DNA of 64,000 nucleotides from an uncultured Methanolobus sp. (GTDB lineage Archaea; Halobacteriota; Methanosarcinia; Methanosarcinales; Methanosarcinaceae): NCBI GenBank assembly GCA_963675495.1, contig OY776215.1, positions 1 to 64,000 of the forward strand, read 5' to 3'. Shown piece by piece: positions 58,907 to 64,000 of this stretch (position 1 is its first letter; each line of letters starts with the position of its first letter). The notes under the pieces were generated by a model. It saw only the letters and a program-made list of their open reading frames with translations, ran no database searches and was not told where the DNA came from. The position numbers and the translations under genes were made by a program.

Positions 58907-59467
58907 TTAGTTTCCACGAAGATATTTTTCCCGTGTCAACAGAAAATACTTTGCATTTTTTTCATCGTTTTTAATAGTGCCCTGATATTCCATTCCTACT
59001 CTCTTTGCCAGATTCATTGATGCAACATTCTCAGGAGCACAGTAAATGGATATTCTGTTGACGCCATGAACCAATATCATATATTCGATCATCTTTTCAA
59101 CTGCTTCGGTGGCATATCCATTGCCTCGAAACTCAGGTTCAAGGGCATAATATATTTGTGTATCAGCAGTGAATTCCATTTTCGCAAAACCACATGAACC
59201 AATTACTTTGCCTTCGTCCTTCTTGCAGATAGCCATTGCAAAGAATGGTTCATCAGTGCTGTATGATTGTATGATCATGTCAAGAAATGCTTTAGTTTCT
59301 TCAAAGCTTCGGTGAAGGGGCATGTCAGTGGAACTGGTTATTTCCTCGTTGTTGAAAAAAAGATGTAATCCTTCAAGATCTTCTTCCACATACCTTCTGA
59401 TTATCAATCTTTCCGTATCTACAGATTGTGGGATCTTCATGGATTGATATTTCTCCGACTGGTACAA
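58907..59467 (-). CDS. GNAT N-acetyltransferase (RimJ/RimL-like)
   Basis: TERLIIR, FRGNGYATEA, N.AS..LA.RVG; start uncertain. Confidence 0.88.
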   Translation of the reverse strand: MYQSEKYQSMKIPQSVDTERLIIRRYVEEDLEGLHLFFNNEEITSSTDMPLHRSFEETKAFLDMIIQSYSTDEPFFAMAICKKDEGKVIGSCGFAKMEFTADTQIYYALEPEFRGNGYATEAVEKMIEYMILVHGVNRISIYCAPENVASMNLAKRVGMEYQGTIKNDEKNAKYFLLTREKYLRGN

Positions 59468-59520
59468 AAAAGTTTTGAATCAACTATGGCATTTGTCTTT
59501 CAATCAATTATGAACCGAAC

Positions 59521-60228
59521 TCAAACCAATCCGGAGATCCGCAGGAAATTACTGAATAGTTTCTTCCCATTGTTGCTGTATTCCTCTGCAATTAATTCAA
59601 AGTCATTTGCCAATGTTTTTCTGTCCATTTCCTTTAGTTCAGGATCGTTTTCAAGCCAAATTGTGAACATTGCAGGTGTTAGTTCAAAGTGTCCCTGTAT
59701 CCCATAGGCGTTTTTGCTTACTTTTACTATCTGGTGTTTGCAGTACTTTCCGGTAGCTAACAATTGCATTTTTTCGTTTATCTTTACTGTTTCACCGTGT
59801 AAATGGAATATCTTCAAAGGATTTTCGAGATTATTGAACAGCGGGTCATCTAAATGATTTTCTTCAATATCAACTGAATAATAGTTACCTTCCTCACCTT
59901 TGAATCCTATCTCTTTGACATTATTCGCATGTACCGAACCCCCACATGCCTTAACAAGTACCTGCATGCCAAGACAGATGCCAAGATAGGGTATACCTGA
60001 ATCAATTGCCTGTTTTACCATTTTCATTTCCTGAATCATCATACTGGTTGTATCGTTTGCACTGTCCGGTCCACCAAAGACGATGACAGCAGAATAGTTT
60101 TCCGGAGAGGGGATTTTGTCCCCGGCTTCAAGGTCGATAATATCATACGAAATCCTTTTTTCAATTAAAATATCTTCAAGTATTCCGGGTCCTTCTCTTG
60201 AAATGTTCTTTACGATCAGCAGGTCCAT
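59521..60228 (-). CDS. Class I glutamine amidotransferase-like protein
   Basis: GGPDS, LGICLGMQ, QGHFE triad. Confidence 0.9.
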   Translation of the reverse strand: MDLLIVKNISREGPGILEDILIEKRISYDIIDLEAGDKIPSPENYSAVIVFGGPDSANDTTSMMIQEMKMVKQAIDSGIPYLGICLGMQVLVKACGGSVHANNVKEIGFKGEEGNYYSVDIEENHLDDPLFNNLENPLKIFHLHGETVKINEKMQLLATGKYCKHQIVKVSKNAYGIQGHFELTPAMFTIWLENDPELKEMDRKTLANDFELIAEEYSNNGKKLFSNFLRISGLV

Positions 60229-60633
60229 GGCTTCCTATATCTGGTTTGTAAAATAAATTATTTATGCGTAAAATTCATCGATTATAATGCTATATTGCAT
60301 AAAATGGGCAAAGATAAAAAAGGTTCCAACAGACAGGATTCCCGAATATGTTTTTGAAAGGGTAACTTTCGCATTCCATTTTTGATAATTACGGGAATCC
60401 TGGCTTGCTGGATTTCGTTTTTGGGCAAATTATGGTACCACCACGAACCATTATTTACCAAATCACCAACCAACCTTACCACACTGATAATAGTTTATCC
60501 GTAACTTTTTTCTGTATGGCTAAACTTAATAATTGTTCATCAGCAATCCATACTATTTAAATACATCGTTTGTGGAGTGTATGCTAATTCTCATAATTAT
60601 GATATGTGCTTCACTTTCACGTTTCATTTCAAT

Positions 60634-61164
60634 TTAGAACTTAGAAACCTGTTTTTCCAGCATACTAGAATAAAAATAATATGCATTCTCATTGAAACAT
60701 ATAAGCCTGATATCTTCCAGTGAGCTTTCTGAATTGAGATATTCAAGTATAGTGCTAACAGCAAGCCATGATGCCTTATCTACCGGAAAACCATAGGCTC
60801 CAATGCTGATTCCAGGAAAAGCAATGCTTTTAACATCATGTTCCTCAGCCAGGATTAGTGAATTCCTGTATGCGTCAGCAAGAAGTTGTTCTTCCCTGAA
60901 ATGTCCTCCTTTCCATACAGGACCAACGGTGTGTATAACCCACTTTGCAGGAAGATCGTACCCTTTTGTGATTCTGGCTTCTCCTGTCAGACATCCTCCG
61001 AGGGTGCGACATTCCTCCAGAAGTTGTGGACCTGCAGCATAATGGATGGCTCCGTCCACTCCGCCTCCTCCAAGGAGGGAGTTATTTGCTGCATTTACGA
61101 TGGCATCGACTTTTTGTTCAACGATATCGCCCATAATCACACTAATAGTCTCAGAAATATCCAT
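60634..61164 (-). CDS. Macrodomain O-acetyl-ADP-ribose deacetylase (YmdB-like)
   Basis: GDIV..VDAIVNAANNSLLGGGGVDGAIH, IHTVGP, ISIGAYGFP; RBS gagga before ATG 61164. Confidence 0.93.
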   Translation of the reverse strand: MDISETISVIMGDIVEQKVDAIVNAANNSLLGGGGVDGAIHYAAGPQLLEECRTLGGCLTGEARITKGYDLPAKWVIHTVGPVWKGGHFREEQLLADAYRNSLILAEEHDVKSIAFPGISIGAYGFPVDKASWLAVSTILEYLNSESSLEDIRLICFNENAYYFYSSMLEKQVSKF

Positions 61165-61498
61165 ATTAGTTCCTCTTCTTATAAGAATCATTAAATTGCA
61201 TGTCCGAATTATTCTTATCTTTGTCGTATGATATATTTTATTCACAGCCTTCAATATACTAAGTCACAGACAACTCTAAAATTCAAGTAAATAAGTGACA
61301 TACCAAAATAGTTCGGTAATTAAGAAAAAACAGTCATATAGCTTAAAAAACGGATACTTACACATGTTTTCACTCAGAAGTAATGACTAAAAGAAAACAT
61401 GATCTGATTTTGTTTTTCCTTGCAAAAAAGCAAAATTTGCAATTGCTCACGATAATTTTATATTAAATATAATACAATTTATTTTAAGGGGTATAAAA

Positions 61499-61873
61499 GT
61501 GGGCATTAAAAATTCATTTCCAATTACAATAACAGATCAACTAGAGTTGTGTAAGAATTTCTATACGGAATATTTTGAGTTCGAAGTGATTTTTGAAGCG
61601 GAATGGTATATCCAGCTTAGACATATATCCGGGATAGAAATTGCATTTATGTTACCTGATTTAGAAAATCAACCAGATTTTTTACATGAACAATTCTCTG
61701 GTAAGGGAGTTATACTTTCCTTTGAGGTTGATGATGCTAAGGTTGAGTATGATAAGTTAAAAGAATTAGGAGCTCCGGTAATTTATCATTTGAAGGGTGA
61801 AGAATGGGGACAAAAACATTTCATGGTAACTGATCCTGCAGGTATGATTGTTGATGTTGTTCAACAGTTATGA
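61499..61873 (+). CDS. VOC/glyoxalase family protein
   Basis: FYTEYFEF, LSFEVDD, EEWGQKHF.V.DP.G. Confidence 0.9.
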   Translation: MGIKNSFPITITDQLELCKNFYTEYFEFEVIFEAEWYIQLRHISGIEIAFMLPDLENQPDFLHEQFSGKGVILSFEVDDAKVEYDKLKELGAPVIYHLKGEEWGQKHFMVTDPAGMIVDVVQQL

Positions 61874-62071
61874 TTTTATTCTAAATATCTGTAGATGATA
61901 ATATGCAAAAAGATTGAGTATATACTAATGGTTTGCCAGAAACCTTGTTGTTTTATTTTTCTTGGATATTAAGCATTTATACAGAGCAGAAAATATATCA
62001 TAATAACTGTATCTTACATTTGGTATCTAGGGTTCAGTATTTTCAGATTTAAAGTCACAGTAGGTAGATCC

Positions 62072-63556
62072 ATGGATGAAGTCACAGAAAAAATCCTTTC
62101 CCTTTTCAGGGAAGTGAGCAGCGTCCCCAGACCGTCAGGTCAGGAAGAGAAAATAGCCACGTGGCTGAAAGAATGGGCATTATCAAAGGGTTTTAGCTTA
62201 AAGTTCGATAGCGTCAATAATGTAGTTATTGGGGTTCCGGCTTCAAAAGGATATGAAAATCTGCCTGCGATAGTTATTCAGGGACACATGGATATGGTAT
62301 GTGAAAAAGCATGTGGATGCAACCACGACTTTACAAAAGACCCAATTGTACCCGTTATCGAAGGTGACTGGCTAAAAGCACAAGGAACGACTCTTGGAGC
62401 AGATAATGGAATAGCACTTGCCATTGCTCTGGCTCTGGTAGAAGATACTGGTGTAAGCCATCCACCGCTTGAGTTGCTTTTCACTGTTGATGAAGAGACT
62501 GGTCTTACCGGAGCTAATGCCCTGATGCCGGACTTCATAACAGGTAAGTTACTCCTGAATGTGGATTCGGAAGATGAGGGTGTTTTTACCGTTGGCTGCG
62601 CAGGTGGACTGAACTCAACTGTCAGGATGCCACTGGAGTATTCAGCAGTGCCGGAAGATGGCTTGCTTTTCAGGTTGGTGGTGAGTGGGCTTTCCGGAGG
62701 GCATTCCGGTGTAGATATTCATGAAAAAAGAGCAAATGCCAATAAATTACTAGCAGAGGTCTTGCAGGAACTTATTGACGATGCGGATATCATGCTTCTG
62801 GATATAATAGGTGGTTCTGCACATAATGCAATTCCACGACATGCGGAAGCGATCATTGCTCTTACACCTGATTCCATGGAGACTGTTCTTTCTACAATAT
62901 CTGCATTTGAAAAAAGAATGAAAGCTGAGTATACGGGTCATGAGCCTTCTCTTTCAGTGATTCTTGAGGAATACGTGTCCGAAATGTACACTAAGGCACT
63001 AACTGATTGTTTTGCTCGTAAGGTTCTGGGTATTCTACTGTCTTTGCCACATGGGGTTGCTTCCATATCTCCGGCAATTCCCGGTCTCGTTGAAACTTCA
63101 AATAACCTGGCGACTGTTAATATAGAAGATGATGAGCTGGTAATAGTATCAAGCCAGCGCAGTTCAGTTGACTCGGGACTTGCCGTGATCACTGAAAAGG
63201 TTACCTCAGTTGCTGACGAATACGGGGCAAATTGTTCACATGGTTCTGGTTATCCGGCGTGGCAACCTGATATGTCTTCACAGCTTCTCCAACGATGTAG
63301 GGAAGTATATTTCTCAGTGTTTGGTAAATACGCGCGTATCGAGGCTATACATGCAGGTCTGGAATGCGCTGTTATCGGTTCCAAATACAAAGATATGGAT
63401 ATGATATCCTTCGGTCCTACCATAAAGAATCCGCATTCACCTGATGAACGGCTATATATTCCATCAGTTAGGAAAGTATGGGACTTTATGGTTGCCTTGC
63501 TTGCTTCATTTAAAGATGAGAAAAGCACAGTTCTCGGAAAACAGAAGGAGGCATGA
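62072..63556 (+). CDS. pepD: Aminoacyl-histidine dipeptidase PepD (M20 family)
   Basis: PRPSG.E, QGHMDMV, LGADNG, DEETG, GGHSG.DIH, HAGLEC, HSPDE. Confidence 0.94.
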   Translation: MDEVTEKILSLFREVSSVPRPSGQEEKIATWLKEWALSKGFSLKFDSVNNVVIGVPASKGYENLPAIVIQGHMDMVCEKACGCNHDFTKDPIVPVIEGDWLKAQGTTLGADNGIALAIALALVEDTGVSHPPLELLFTVDEETGLTGANALMPDFITGKLLLNVDSEDEGVFTVGCAGGLNSTVRMPLEYSAVPEDGLLFRLVVSGLSGGHSGVDIHEKRANANKLLAEVLQELIDDADIMLLDIIGGSAHNAIPRHAEAIIALTPDSMETVLSTISAFEKRMKAEYTGHEPSLSVILEEYVSEMYTKALTDCFARKVLGILLSLPHGVASISPAIPGLVETSNNLATVNIEDDELVIVSSQRSSVDSGLAVITEKVTSVADEYGANCSHGSGYPAWQPDMSSQLLQRCREVYFSVFGKYARIEAIHAGLECAVIGSKYKDMDMISFGPTIKNPHSPDERLYIPSVRKVWDFMVALLASFKDEKSTVLGKQKEA

Positions 63557-63586
63557 TTATAATCTATTAGACACAATATTATTTAC

Positions 63587-64000
63587 ATGAGAAAATTTCC
63601 AAAGCCCATTGTTCTTGTAAGCAGGTGTCTTGAGTTTGATAGCGTGCGATATAACGGTCAAGTTGTTCCTTCTCAAATAGTGCGTGATATGATACCTTTT
63701 GTAGATTTCATCAAAGTATGCCCGGAAGTTGAGATTGGACTGGGGGTTCCGAGGGATACTTTGAGGATCATTAAGCAAGATGGTGAGTATCGGCTCGTCC
63801 AGCCGAAAACAGGTGAAGACCTAACTGAAAAGATGAATACTTTTACGATTAAGTTCCTTGACGAGCTTGGAGATATGGACGGTTTCATATTCAAAGGTCT
63901 TTCTCCAAGTATGGGAATCGATGACGTAAAGATCTACTCAGGTGTAAGCATGGCTCCGGTTATTGGAAAAAGTGCAGGTCTGTTTACTGGGGAGGTTATT
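63587..64000 (+). CDS. DUF523 (2-thiouracil desulfurase-like)/DUF1722 protein, 3'-truncated
   Basis: MRKFPKPIVLVSRCLEFDSVRYNG..VCPEVEIGLGVPR..GFIFKGLSPSMG; runs off window end; not in ORF track. Confidence 0.85.
   Translation, partial: MRKFPKPIVLVSRCLEFDSVRYNGQVVPSQIVRDMIPFVDFIKVCPEVEIGLGVPRDTLRIIKQDGEYRLVQPKTGEDLTEKMNTFTIKFLDELGDMDGFIFKGLSPSMGIDDVKIYSGVSMAPVIGKSAGLFTGEVI

Noticed and set aside
60634-61164. Macrodomain as part of a DarTG-like toxin-antitoxin or defence system
   Set aside because: Stand-alone YmdB-type sequence with no ADP-ribosyltransferase neighbour

Overview
64-kb window from a Methanosarcinaceae methanogen (Methanolobus/Methanococcoides-like, inferred from gene content and order). 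It starts in the conserved rps19e-PDCD5-PP-loop-rpl39e-rpl31e-eif6-rplX-pfdA-ftsY operon, followed by trpCBA with a TGTACA-N4-TGTACA operator. At about 7.5-19.3 kb lies an unusual archaellin locus. It has three long archaellins but no flaFGHIJ motor or che genes. It also carries a duplicated [7TM membrane gene <- shared operator -> archaellin] module with one 7TM copy pseudogenised, three winged-helix proteins, an intact and a degenerate KaiC/RecA-like ATPase, a MinD/ParA ATPase and two novel exported or membrane proteins. Next come two paralogous Na+/solute symporters, each with an unannotated small accessory gene, around a mosaic of accessory genes (methyltransferase, bacterial-type RsgA, GNAT, TrkH). 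These are followed by a 2142-aa surface protein (Ca-binding DxDxDG repeats, ricin-B and fascin-like modules, an AT-rich hydrophobic toxin-like core), and an ArsP/thioredoxin/DGC operon with twin palindromic operators. A roughly 10.7-kb corrinoid-scavenging cluster (CbiZ, BtuFCD-like ABC transporter, triple DUF4430 protein, PQQ-type propellers) is bracketed by a perfect 29-bp direct repeat. The window ends with a cohesin/PGF-pre-PGF protein, an orphan histidine kinase and housekeeping enzymes. No rRNA, tRNA, CRISPR array or intact transposase was seen. All domain calls come from motif recognition by eye, not from database searches.
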